Notes under the pieces: model-generated
Seen by the model: the letters and a program-made list of their open reading frames with translations, nothing else
Told to the model about the DNA's origin: nothing
Database searches by the model: none
Part shown: in pieces, positions 40,101 to 53,343 of the stretch
Layout: every line of letters starts with the position of its first letter
How positions within the stretch are numbered: the first letter of the stretch is position 1
Position numbers and translations under genes: made by a program
Source: Balanoglossus misakiensis
Lineage: Eukaryota > Animalia > Hemichordata
Direction of reading: 5' to 3'
Assembly: GCA_040954595.2 (NCBI GenBank)
Contig: CM082580.2
Span: 2,408,783-2,472,782 of the forward strand
DNA: 64,000 nucleotides

Positions 40101-43100
40101 AATTTTGGCTTTTCAATTTTAGTCCCAACCCTCCAAACGCCAAGTCTGTACCTGCTCTGGATGCCAAGATCTGGTAAAGTAGGTCAAAGGTCAGCCGAGG
40201 TCAAGCAAAATTTGGGCAAGAAATTTTGAACCTATACTGGTCCATGTTCAACAAAAACCAAACCTATAGCCCTATTGGTTAGCCTGGAATTAGGTATGCA
40301 CATAATAAATGAGATATACAGGTGTCACAGGTGACCCCCATTTTGGCTTTTCAATTTTAGTCACAACCCTCCAAACGCCAAGTCTGTACCTGCTGTGGAT
40401 GCCGAGATATAGGAAAGTAGGTCAAAGGTCACCTGAGGTCACACAAAATTTGGGCAAAAATTTTTGATCCCATACTGGTCCATGTCCCACAAGAACAAAA
40501 CCTCTAGCCCTAATAGTTAGCCCGGAATTAGGTATGCACATAATTAATGAGTTAAGCAGGTGTTACAGATGAGCCCAAAATTTTGTCTTTTATTTTGGTC
40601 CCATTCAGCTCACGGGCCACTAGACTGTCACTGTGCAGGACAATTGCACAGACGTGGACATAGCGTCATAGCTTAACTATAGAAAGTAAAGGCCTATGGC
40701 TGGGTCCACAAATATGACAAATAATATTTAATAATCTTCTTCTCAAAATAGACTTGGCCCACGGCCTTGACATTTGGCATGTAGGACACTGACCACATGG
40801 TCCGCAAAAATTGCTAAAAGAATTTTGATATCTCCATTCATATGCAAATTAGGCCCATTTGAAAACTTTGCCCATATATGGTCATCAGGTCACATGACTT
40901 ATTAAACATTCACGAGGGTACTGCACCAGCTCTCATAGGCCTGCATCACTGTGCCAAGTTTGAGATTTGTAGGTTCAGCCGTTTTCAAGATCCTATTGGG
41001 CAAAAAAACTACACAAGAAAAAGAAGAGGATGAAAAACCCCAGTAATACCAATAGGGCCCAAGCCTGCTGGGCTTGGGCCCTAAATATAGCTGCAAGCAG
41101 CAATAGCGGGCCAAAGCCAACATAGCACATAGCAACATAGCAACATAGCAATAAGCATATCTGCCCTGGATGCCAAGATATGGTAAAGTAGGTCAAAGGT
41201 CACCTGAGGTCATGCAAAATTTGGGCAAGAAATTTTGACCCTATACTGGTCCATGTTCAACAAAAACCAAACCTATAGCCCTATTGGTTAGCCTGGAATT
41301 AGGTATGCACATAATTAATCAGATATGCAGGTGTCACAGGTGACCTCCATTTTGGCTTTTCAATTTTAGTCCCAACTCTCCAAACGCCAAGTGTGTACCT
41401 TCTCTGGATGCCGAGATATAGGAAAGTAGGTCAAAGGTCACCTGAGGTCACCCAAAATTGGGCCAAGAAATTTTTACCCTATACTGGTCCATGTCGCACA
41501 AGAACGAAACCTCTAGCCCTCTTAGTTAGCCCAGAATTAGGTATGCACATAATTAATGAGTTAAGCAGGTGTTACAGGTGAGCCTAAAATTTTGCCTTTT
41601 ATTTTGGTGCCATTGTGCTCACTGACCAATAGACAGTCACTGTACATTGCACAGACCAGAAGAATTCCACAATAAGACATGGACATAGCTTAACCATAGA
41701 GGTATAAGTAAAGGTATAAATTTAATAAAAAAATTAATATAAAAAAATCGGTCGATTTTTCATATTATTTTTTTTTGCTTAAAATTATTGACAAATGCTA
41801 GGCTTGCTGCACACCAAAGTTGGAGATGATCGGCCTAACAGATTTTGAGATATGTATGCATATTTATCCAAAATAATATGTGTTCATAGCTTTACTATGT
41901 AAGGTATAGGCCCATGGCTTGGGCGAAAAATATGAAAAATAATACTTAAAAATCTTCTTATCAAAATTGACATGGCCTATGGCCTTGACATTTGGCATGT
42001 AGAACTCTGGCCATATGGTCCGTAAAACTTGCTAAAAGAATTTTGATATGTCCATTCATATGCAAATAAGGCCAATTTGAAAATTTTGTCCTTATATGGT
42101 CATCAGGTCACGTGACTAATTATACATTCACAAGGGTACTGCACTAGCTCTCATTGGCCTGCACCATTGTGCCAAGTTTGAAATTGATAGGTTTAGCCGT
42201 TTTCCAGATCTACCTGGCCGAAAAAACGACAGAAGAAGAAGAAGAAGAAGAAGAAAAAGAAATATAGCTGCAAGCAGCAATAGCGGGCCCAAGCCAACAT
42301 AGCACATAGCAACATAGCAATAAGCATATCTGCTCTGGATGCCAAGATATGGAAAAGTAGGGCAAAGGTCACCTGAGGTCATGCAAAATTTGGACAAGAA
42401 ATTATGACCCTATACTGGTCCATGTTCATCAAAACCCAAACCTATAGCCCTATTGGTTAGCCTGGAATTAGGTATGCACATAATTAATGAGGTAGGCAGG
42501 TGTCACAGGTGACCCCCAATTTGGCTTTTCAATTTTAGTCCCAACCCTCCAAACGCCAAGTCTGTACCTGCTCTGGATGCCAAGATCTGGTAAAGTAGGT
42601 CAAAGGGCACCTGAGGTCATGCAAAATTTGGGCAAGAAATTTTGACCCTATACTGGTCCATGTTCAACAAAAACCAAACCTATAGCCCTATTGGCTAGCC
42701 TGGAATTAGGTATGCACATAATTAATGAGATATGCAGGTGTCACAGGTGACCCCCATTTTGGCTTTTCAATTTTAGTCCCAACCCTCCAAACGCCAAGTC
42801 TGTATCAGCTCTGGATGCCGAGATATAGGAAAGTAGGTCAAAGGTCACCTGAGGTCACCCAAAATTTTGGCAAGAAATTTTGACCCTGTACTGGTCCATG
42901 TCCCACAAGAACGAAACCGCTAGCCCTCTTAGTTAGCCCAGAATTACGTATGCACATAATTAATGAGTTAAGCAGGTGTTACAGGTGCCCACAAGACAGT
43001 CACTGTACAGGACTATTGCACAGACCAGAATTCCACAATAAGACATGGACATAGCTTAACCATAGAGGTATAATTAAAGGTATAAATTTCATAAGAAAAT

Positions 43101-46100
43101 TAATATAAAAAAATCGGTCGATTTTTCATATTATTTTTTTTCGCTTAAAATTATTGACAAATACTAGGCTAGCTGCACACCAAAGTTGGAGATGATTGGC
43201 CAAACAGATTTTGAGATATGTATGCATATTTATCCAAAATAATATGTGGTCTTAGCTTTACTATGGAAAGTATAGGCCCATGGCTTGGTCAAAAAATATG
43301 AAAAATAATACTTAAAAATCTTCTTCTCAAAATTGGCATGGCCAATGTCCTTGACATTTGGCATGTAGGACACTGACCACATGGTCCGCAAAAGTTGCTA
43401 AAAGAATTTTGATAACTCCATTCATATGCAAATAAGGTCGATTTGAAAATTTTGCCCATATATGGTCATCAGGTCACGTGACTAATTAAACATTCACAAG
43501 GGTACTGCACTAGCTCTCATTGGCCTGCACCATTGTGCCAAGTTTGAAATTGGTAGGTTTAGCAGTTTTCCAGATCTACCTCTCCAAAGAAACGACAGAA
43601 GAAGAAGAAGAAGTAGAAGAAAAACCCCAGTAATACCAATAGGGCCCAAGCCTGCTGGGCTTGGGCCCTAAAAACTCCAGTAAAAACAATAGGGCCCAAG
43701 CCTGCTGGGCTTGGGCCCTAAATATAGCTGCAAGCAGCAATAGCGGGCCCAAGCCAACATAGTACATAGCACATAGCAACATAGCAATAAGCATATCTGC
43801 TCTGGATGCCAAGATATGAGTTAAGCAGGTGTTACAGGTGAGCCTAAAATTTTGCCTTTTATTTTGGTGCCATTGTGCTCACTGACCAATAGATAGTCAC
43901 TGTACAAGACTATTGCACAGGCCAGAATTCCACAATAAGACATGGACATAGCTTAACCATAGAGGTATAGGTAAAGGTATAAATTTAATAAAAAAATTAA
44001 TATAAAAAAATCGGTCGATTTTTCATATTATTTTTTTCCGCTTAAAATTATTGACAAATGCTAGGCTAGCTGCACACCAAAGTTGGAGATGATCGGCCTA
44101 ACAGATTTTGAGATATGTATGCATATTTATCCAAAATAATATGTTGTCATAGCTTAACTATGTAAAGTATAGGCACATGGCTTGGGCGAAAAATATGAAA
44201 AATAATACTTAAAAATCTTCTTCTCAAAATTGACATGGCCTATGGCCTTGACATTTGGCATGTAGAACCCTGGCTATGTGGTCTACAAAGCATCTGAACA
44301 GAATTTTGATATCTCCATTCATATGCAAATTAGGCCGATTTGAAAATTTTGCCCATATATGGTCATCAGGTCACATGACTTATTAAACATTCACAAGGGT
44401 ACTGCACCAGCTCTCGTTGGCCTGCACCATTGTGCTAAGTTTGAAATTGGTAGGTTCAGCCGTTCTCCAGATCTACTTGACAAAAAAAACGGCACAAGAA
44501 GAAAAAGAAGAAAAACTCCAGTAAAAACAATAGGGCCCAAGCCTGCTGGGCTTGGGCCCTAAATATAGCTGCAAGCATCAATAGCGGGCCCAAGCCAACA
44601 TAGCACATAGCAACATAGCAATAAGCATATCTGCTCTGGATGCCAAGATATGGTAAAGTAGGTCAAAGGTCACCTGAGTTCATGCAAAATTTGGGCAAGA
44701 AATTTTGACCCTATACTGGTCCATGTTCAACAAAAACCAAACCTATAGCCCTATTGGTTAGCCTGGAATTAGGTATGCACATAATTAATGAGATATGCAG
44801 GTGTCACAGGTGACCCCCCATTTTGGCTTTTCAATTTTAGTCCCGACCCTCCAAACGCCAAGTCTGTACCAGCTCTGGATGCCGAGATATGGTAAAGTAG
44901 GTCAAAGGTCACTTGAGGTCATGCAACATTTGGGCAAAAAATTTTGACCCTATACTGGTCCATGTTCAACAAAAACCAAACCTATAGCCCTATTTGTTAG
45001 CCTGGAATTAGGTATGCGCATAATTAATGAGATATGCAGGTGTCACAGGTAACCCCCAATTTTGGCTTTTCAATTTTAGTCCCAACCCTCCAAACGCCAA
45101 TTCTGTACCTGCTCTGGATGCCAAGATATGGTAAAGTAGGTCAAAGGTCACTTGAGGTCATGCAACATTTGGGCAAGAAATTTTGACCCTATACTGGTCC
45201 ATGTTCAACAAAAAACAAACCTATAGCCCTATTTGTTAGCCTGGAATTAGGTATGCGCATAATTAATGAGATATGCAGGTGTCACAGGTGACCCCCATTT
45301 TGGCTTTTCAATTTTAGTCCCAACCCTGCATGCACCAAGTTTGTACCTGCTCTGGATGCCAAGATATGGTAAAGTAGGTGAAAGGTCACCTGAGGTCACC
45401 CAAAATTTGGGCAAGAAATTTTGACCCCATACTGGTCCCTGTCCCACAAGAACAAAACCTCTAGGCCTATTAGTTAGCCCGGAATTAGGTATGCACATAA
45501 TTCATTAGTTAAGCAGGTGTTACAGGTGAGCCCAAAATTTTGCCTGTTATTTTGGTCCCATTGTGCTCACTGCCCAATAGACAGTCACTGTACAGGACCG
45601 TTGCACAGACCAGAATTCCACACTAAGACGTGTACATAGCTTAACTATATAGGTATAAGTAAAAAGGTATACATTTAATTTTAAAAAATTAATATAAAAA
45701 AATCGGTCGATTTTTCATATTATTTTTTTCACTTAAAATGATTGACAAATGCTAGGCTAGCTGCACACCAAAGTTTGAGATGATTTTGAGATATGTATGC
45801 ATATTTATCCAAAATAATATGTGGTCATAGCTTTACTAAGTAACGTATAGGCCCATAGCTTGGGCGAAAAATATGAAAAATAATACTTAAAAATCTTCTT
45901 CTCAAAATTGACATGGCCCATGGCCTTGAAATTTGGCATGTAGGACAATGACCCCATGGTCAGCAAAAGTTGCTAAAAGAATTTTGATATCTCCATGCAT
46001 ATGCAAATAAGGCCGATTTGAAAATTTTGCCCAAATATGGTCATCAGGTCACATGACTTATTAAACATTCACAAGGGTACAGCTCATGCTCTTATTGGCC

Positions 46101-49100
46101 TGCACCATTATGCCAAGTTTGAAATTTGTAGGTTCAGCCGTTTTCAAGATGTACTTGACGAAAAAAACGGCACAAGAAGAAGAAGAAGAAATATAGCTGC
46201 AAGCAGCGATGACGGGCCCAAGCTTAAGCCGAAGGTCAAAGGTCATAAGAGGTCACCCGAAATTTGGGCAAGAAATTTTGACCCCCATACTGGTCCGTGT
46301 CCCACAAGAACAAAATCTCTAGCCCTATTGGTTCGCCTACAATTAGGTATGCGCATAATTAATGAGATAAAGTGTAAGGCTCCATCAGGAGTTCCATCCC
46401 TCCAAATGCCAAGGCTGTATCTGCTGTGGATGCCGAGATATGGTAAAGTAGGTCAAAGGTCACCTGAGGTCACCCAAAATTTGGGCAAAAAATTTTGACG
46501 CCATACTGGTCCATGGTCAGCATAAATCAAACCTCTAGCCCTATTGCTTAGCCTGGAATTAGGTATGCACATAATTAATGAGATAAGCAGGTGTCACAGG
46601 TGACCCCAATTTTGGCTTTTCAATTTTAGTCCCAACCCTCCAAACGCCAAGTCTGTACCTGCTCTGGATGCGGAGATATAGGAAAGTAGGTCAAAGGTCA
46701 CCTGAGGTCACCCAAAATTTGGGCAAGAAATTTTGACCCTATACTGGTCCATGTCCCACAAGAACGAAACCTCTAGCCCTCTTAGTTAACCCAGAATTAG
46801 GTATGCACATAATTAATGAGTTAAGCAGGTGTCACAGGTGACCCCCAGTGTTGCCTTTTCAATTTAAGTCCCAACCCTCCAAACGCCAAGTCTGTACCTG
46901 CTCTGGATGCCAAGATATGGTAAAGTAGGTCAAAGGTCACCTGAGGTCATACAAAATTTGGGCAAGAAATTTTGACCGTATACTGGTCCATGTTCAACAA
47001 AAACCAAACCTATAGCCCTATTGGTTAGCCTGGAATTAGGTATGCACATAATTAATGAGTCAAGCAGGTGTTACAGGTGAGCCCAAAATTTTGCCTTCTA
47101 TTTTGGTCCCATTCTGCTCACTGGCCAATAGACAGTCATTTTACAGGACCATTACACAATAAGACGTGGACATAGCTTAACTATGGAGGTATAAGTAAAG
47201 GTATAAATTTAATAAAAAAATTAATATAAAAAAACCGGTTGATTTTTCATATTATTTTTTTTCGCTTAAAATGATTGACAAATGCTAGGCTAGCTGCACA
47301 GCAACTTTGGAATTGATCAGCCGAACAGATTTTGAGATATGACTGCATATTCATCCAAAATAATATGTGGTCATAGCTTAACTATGTATAGTATAGGCCA
47401 ATGGCTTGGGCGAAAAATATGAAAAATAATACTTAAAAATCTTCTTCTCAAAATTGACATGGCCTATGGCCTTGAAATTTGGCATGTACAACCCTGGCCA
47501 TATGGTCCGTAAAAGTTGCTAAAAGAATTTTGATATCTTCATGCATATGCAAATAAGGCCGATTTGAAAATTTTGCCCATATATGGTCATCAGGTCACAT
47601 GACTAATTACACATTCACAAGGGTACTGCACGAGCTCTCATAGGCCTGCACCATTGTGCCAAATGTGAGATTTGTAGGTTCAGCCGTTTTCACGATCTAG
47701 CTGGACAAAAAAACGACACAAGAAGAAGAAGAAGAAGTAGAAGAATATAGCTGCAAGCAGCAATAGCGGGCCCAAGCCAACATAGCACATAGCACATAGC
47801 AACATAGCAATAAGCATATCTGCTCTGGATGCCAAGATATGGTAAAGTAGGTCAAAGGTCAACTGAGGTCATGCAAAATTTGGGCAAGAAATTTTGACCC
47901 TATACTGGTCCATGTTCAACAAAAACCAAACCTATAGCTCTATTGGTTAGCCTGGAATTAGGTATGCACATAATTAATGAGATATGCAGGTGTCACAGGT
48001 GAGCGCCAATTTGGCTTTTCAATTTTAATCCCAACCCTCCAAACGCCAAGTCTGTACCTGCTCTGGATGCCAAGATATGGTAAAGTAGGTCAAAGGTCAC
48101 CTGAGGTCTTGCGAAATTTGGGCAAGAAATTTTGACCCTATACTGGTCCATGTTCAACAAAAACCAAACCTATAGCTCTACTGGTTAGCCTGGAATTAGG
48201 TATGCACATGATTAATGAGATATGCAGGTGTCACAGGTGATCCCCATTTTGGCTTTTCAATTTTAGTCCCAACCCTCCAAACGCCAAGTCTGTACCTGCT
48301 CTGGATGCCGAGATATAGGAAAATAGGTCAAAGGTCACCTGAGGTCACCCAAAATTTGGTAAACATTTTTGACCCCATACTAGTCCTTGTCACACAAGAA
48401 CAATACCTCTAGTCCTATTAGTTAGCCCGGAATGAGGTATGCGCATAATTAATGAGTTAAGCAGGTGTTACAGGTGAGCCCAAAATTTTGCCTTTTATTT
48501 TGGTCCCATTCTGCGCACGGGCCAATAGACAGTCAGTGTACAGGACCATTGCACAGACCAGAATTCTACAATAAGACGTGGACATAGCTTAACCATAGAG
48601 GTATAAGTAAAGGTATAAATTTCATAAAAAAAATTAATATAAAAAAATCGGTCGATTTTTCATATTATTTTTTTTCGCTTAAAATTATTGGCAAATGCTA
48701 AGCTACCTGCACACCAAAGTTGGAGTTGATCGGCCCAACAGATTGTGAGATATGACTGCATATTCATCCAAAATAAAATGTGGTCAAAGCTTAACTATGT
48801 ATAGTATAGGCCGATGGCTTGGCCGAAAAATATGAAAAATAATACTTAAAAATCTTCTTCTCAAAATTGACAAGGCCTATGGCCTTGACATTTGGCATGT
48901 AGAACCCTGACCACATGGTGCACAAAAGTTGCTAAAAGAATTTTGATATCTCCATGCATATGCAAATAAGGCCGATTTGAAAATTTTGCCCATATATGGT
49001 CATCAGGTCACATGACTTATTGAACATTCACGAGGGTACTGCACCAGCTCTCATTGGCCTGCACCATTGTGCCAAATTTGAGATTTGTGGGTTCAGCAGT

Positions 49101-51058
49101 TTTTCAGATCTACCTGGCCGAAAAAAGTGCCCAAGAAGAAGTAGAAGAAAATATAGCTGCAAGCAGCAATAGCGGGCCCAAGCCAACATAACACATAGCA
49201 ACATAGCAATAAGCATATCTGCTCTGGATGCCAAGATATGGTAAATTAGGTCAAAGGTCACCTGAGTTCATGCAAAATTTGGGCAAGAAATTTTTACCCT
49301 TAACTGGTCCATGTTCAACAAAAACCAAACCTATAGCCCTATTGGTTAGCCTGGAATTAGGTATGCACATAATTAATGAGGTAGGCAGGTGTCACAGGTG
49401 ACCCCCAATTTTGCCTTTTCAATTTTAGTCCCAACCCTCCAAACGCCAAGTTGGTACCTGCTCTGGATGCCAAGATATGGTAAAGTAGGTCAAAGGTCAC
49501 CTGTGGTCATACAAAATTTGGGCAAGAAATTTTGACCCTATACTGGTCCATGTTCAACAAAAAACAAACCTATAGCCCTATTGGTTAGCCTGGAATTAGG
49601 TATGCACATAATTAATGAGGTAGGCAGGTGTCACAGGTGACCCCCAATTTTGCCTTTTCAATTTTAGTCCCAACCCTCCAAACGCCAAGTTGGTACCTGC
49701 TCTGGATGCCAAGATATGGTAAAGTAGGTCAAAGATCACCTGTGGTCATACAAAATTTGGGCAAGAAATTTTGACCCTATACTGGTCCATGTTCAACAAA
49801 AAACAAACCTATAGCCCTATTGGTTAGCCTGGAATTAGGTATGCACATAATTAATGAGGTAGGCAGGTGTCACAGGTGACCCCCAATTTTGCCTTTTCAA
49901 TTTTAGTCCCAACCCTCCAAACGCCAAGTTGGTACCTGCTCTGGATGCCAAGATATGGTAAAGTAGGTCAAAGGTCACCTGAGGTCATACAAAATTTGGG
50001 CAAGAAATTTTGACCCTATACTGGTCCATGTTCAACAAAAACCAAACCTATAGCCCTATTGGTTAGTCTGGAATTAGGTATGCACATAATTAATGAGATA
50101 TGCGGGTGTCACAGGTGACCTTCATTTTGGCTTTTCAATTTTAGTCCCAACCCTCCAAACGCCAAGTCTGTACCTGCTCTGGATGCCGAGATATAGGAAA
50201 GTAGGTCAAAGGTCACCTGAGGTCACCCAAAATTTGGGCAAAAAATTTTGACCCTATACTGGTCCATGTCCCACAAGAACGAAACCTCAAGCCCTCTTAG
50301 TTAGCCCAGAATTAGGTATGCACATAATTAATGAGTTAAGCAGGTGTTACAGGTGAGCCTAAAATTGTGCCTTTTATTTTGGTGCCATTGTGTTCACTGA
50401 CCAATAGACAGTCACTGTACAGGACTATTGCACAGACCATAATTCCACAATAAGACATGGACATAGCTTAACCATAGAGGTATAAGTAAAGGTATAAATT
50501 TAATTAAAAAAATAATATAAAAAAATCGGTCGATTTTTCATATTATTTTTTTTCGCTTAAAATTATTGACATATGCTAGGCTAGCTGCACACCAAAGTTG
50601 GAGATGATTGGCCTAACAGATTTTGAGATATGTATGCATATTTATCCAAAATAATATGTGGTCATAGCTTTACTATGGAAAGTATAGGCCCATGGCTTGG
50701 TCAAAAAATATGGAAAATAATACTTAAAAATCTTCTTCTCAAAATTGGCATGGCCAATGGCCTTGACATTTGGCATGTAGGACACTGACCACATGGTCCG
50801 CAAAAGTTGCTAAAAGAATTGTGATATCTCCATTCATATGCAAATAAGGCGGATTTGAAAATTTTGCCCATATATGGTCATCAGGTCACGTGACTAATTA
50901 AACATTCACAAGGGTACTGCACTAGCTCTCATTGGCCTGCACCATTGTGCCAAGTTTGAAATTGGTAGGTTTAGCAGTTTTCCAGATCTACCTCGCCAAA
51001 GAAAATGACAGAAGAAGAAAAAGAAGAAGAAGTAGAAGAAAAACCCCAGTAATACCAA

Positions 51059-51189
51059 TAGGGCCCAAGCCTGCTGGGCTTGGGCCCTAAAAAGCCAACA
51101 ATACCAATAGGGCACAAGCCTGCTGGGCTTGTGCCCTAAAAAACCCCAGTAATACCAATAGGGCCCAAGCCTGCTGGGCTTGGGCCCTA
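51059..51189 (-). repeat. Stack of three displaced 5' hairpin heads
   Basis: 31-bp palindromes at 51059, 51108 and 51159, separated by ~19 bp A-rich spacers. Confidence 0.9.
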
Positions 51190-53343
51190 AAAACTCCAGT
51201 AAAAAATATAGCTGCAAGCAGCAATAGCGGGCCCAAGCCAACATAGCACATAGCAACATAGCAATAAGCATATCTGCTCTGGATTTGGAAAAATATGTCA
51301 AAGGTCACCTGAGGTCATGCAAAAATTTGGGCAAGAAATTTTGACCCTATACTAGTCCATGTCCGACAAAAACCAAACCTATAGCCCTATTGGTTAGCCT
51401 GGAATTAGGTATGCACATAATTAATGAGATATGCAGGTGTCACAGGTGACCCCAAATTTTGTCTTTTCAATTTTAGTCCCAACCCTCCAAACGCCAAGTC
51501 TGTACCTGCTCTGGATGCCAAGATATGGTAAAGTAGGTCAAAGATCACCTGAGGTCATACAAAATTTGGGCAAGAAATTTTGACCCTATACTGGTCCATG
51601 TTCAACAAAAACCAAACCTATAGCCCTATTGGTTAGCCTGGAATTAGGTATGCACATAATTAATGAGATATGCAGGTGTCACAGGTGACCCCCATTTCGG
51701 CTTTTCAATTTTAGTCCCAACCCTCCAAACGCCGAGTCTGTACCTGCTCTGGATGCCAAGATATGGTAAAGTAGGTCAAAGGTCACCTGAGGTCATACAA
51801 AATTTGGGCAAGAAATTTTGACCCTATACTGGTCCATGTTCAACAAAAACCAAACCTATAGCCCTATTGGTTAGCCTGGAATTAGGTATGCACATAATTA
51901 ATGAGATATGCAGGTGTCACAGGTGACCCCCATTTCGGCTTTTCAATTTTAGTCCCAACCCTCCAAACGCCAAGTCTGTACCTGCTCTGGATGCCAAGAT
52001 ATAGGAAAGTAGGTCAAAGGTCACCTGAGGTCACCCAAAATTTGGGCAAGAAATTTTGACCCTATACTGGTCCATGTTCAACAAAAACCAAACCTATAGC
52101 CCTATTGGTTAGCCTGGAATTAGGTATGCACATAATTAATGAGGTAGGCAGGTGTCACAGGTGATCCCCAATTTTGGCTTTTCAATTTTAGTCCCAACAC
52201 TCCAAACGTCAAGTCTGTACCTGCTCTGGATGCCAAGATCTGGTAAAGTAGGTCAAAGGTCACCTGAGGTCAAGCAAAATTTGGGCAAGAAATTTTGAAC
52301 CTATACTTGTCCATGTTCAACAAAAACCAAACATATAGCCCTATTGGTTAGCCTGGAATTAGGTATGCACATAATTAATGAGATATACAGGTGTCACAGG
52401 TGACCCCCATTTTGGCTTTTCAATTTTAGTCCCAACCCTCCAAACGCCAAGTCTGTACCTGCTCTGGATGCCGAGATATAGGAAAGTAGGTCAAAGGTCA
52501 CCTGAGGTCACCCAAAATTTGGGCAAGAAATTTTGACCCTATACTGGTCCATGTCCCACAAGAACGAATCCTCTAGCCCTCTTAGTTAGCCCAGAATTAG
52601 GTATGCACATAATTAATGAGTTAAGCAGGTGTTACAGGTGAGCCTAACATTTTGCCTTTTATTTTGGTGCCATTGTGCTCACTGACCAATAGATAGTCAC
52701 TGTACAGGACTATTGCACAGACCAGAATTCCACAATAAGACATGGACATAGCTTAACCATAGAGGTATAAGTAAAGGTATAAATTTAATAAAAAAATTAA
52801 TATAAAAAAATCGGTCGATTTTTCATATTATTTTTTTCCGCTTAAAATTATTGACAAATAATAGGCTAGCTGCACACCAAAGTTGGAGATGATCCGCCTT
52901 ACGGATTTTGAGATATGTATGCATATTTATCCAAAATAATATGTGGCCATAGCTGTACTATGTAAAGTATAGGCCCATGGCTTGGGCGAAAAATATGAAA
53001 AATAATACTTAAAAATCTTCTTCTCAAAATTGACATGGCCTATGGCCTTGACATTTGGCATGTAGAACCCTGGCCATATGGTCCACAAAAGTTGCTCAAA
53101 GAATTTTGATATCTCCATTCATATGCAAATAAGGCCGATTTGAAAATTTTGCCCATATATGGTCATCAAGTCACATGACTAATTAAACATTCACAAGGGT
53201 ACTGCACTAGCTCTCATTGGCCTGCACCATTGTGCCAAGTTTGAAATTGGTAGGTTTAGCAGTTTTCCAGATCTACCTCGCCAAAGAAAACGACAGAAGA
53301 AGAAAAAGAAGAAGAAGTAGAAGAAAAACCCCAGTAATACCAA

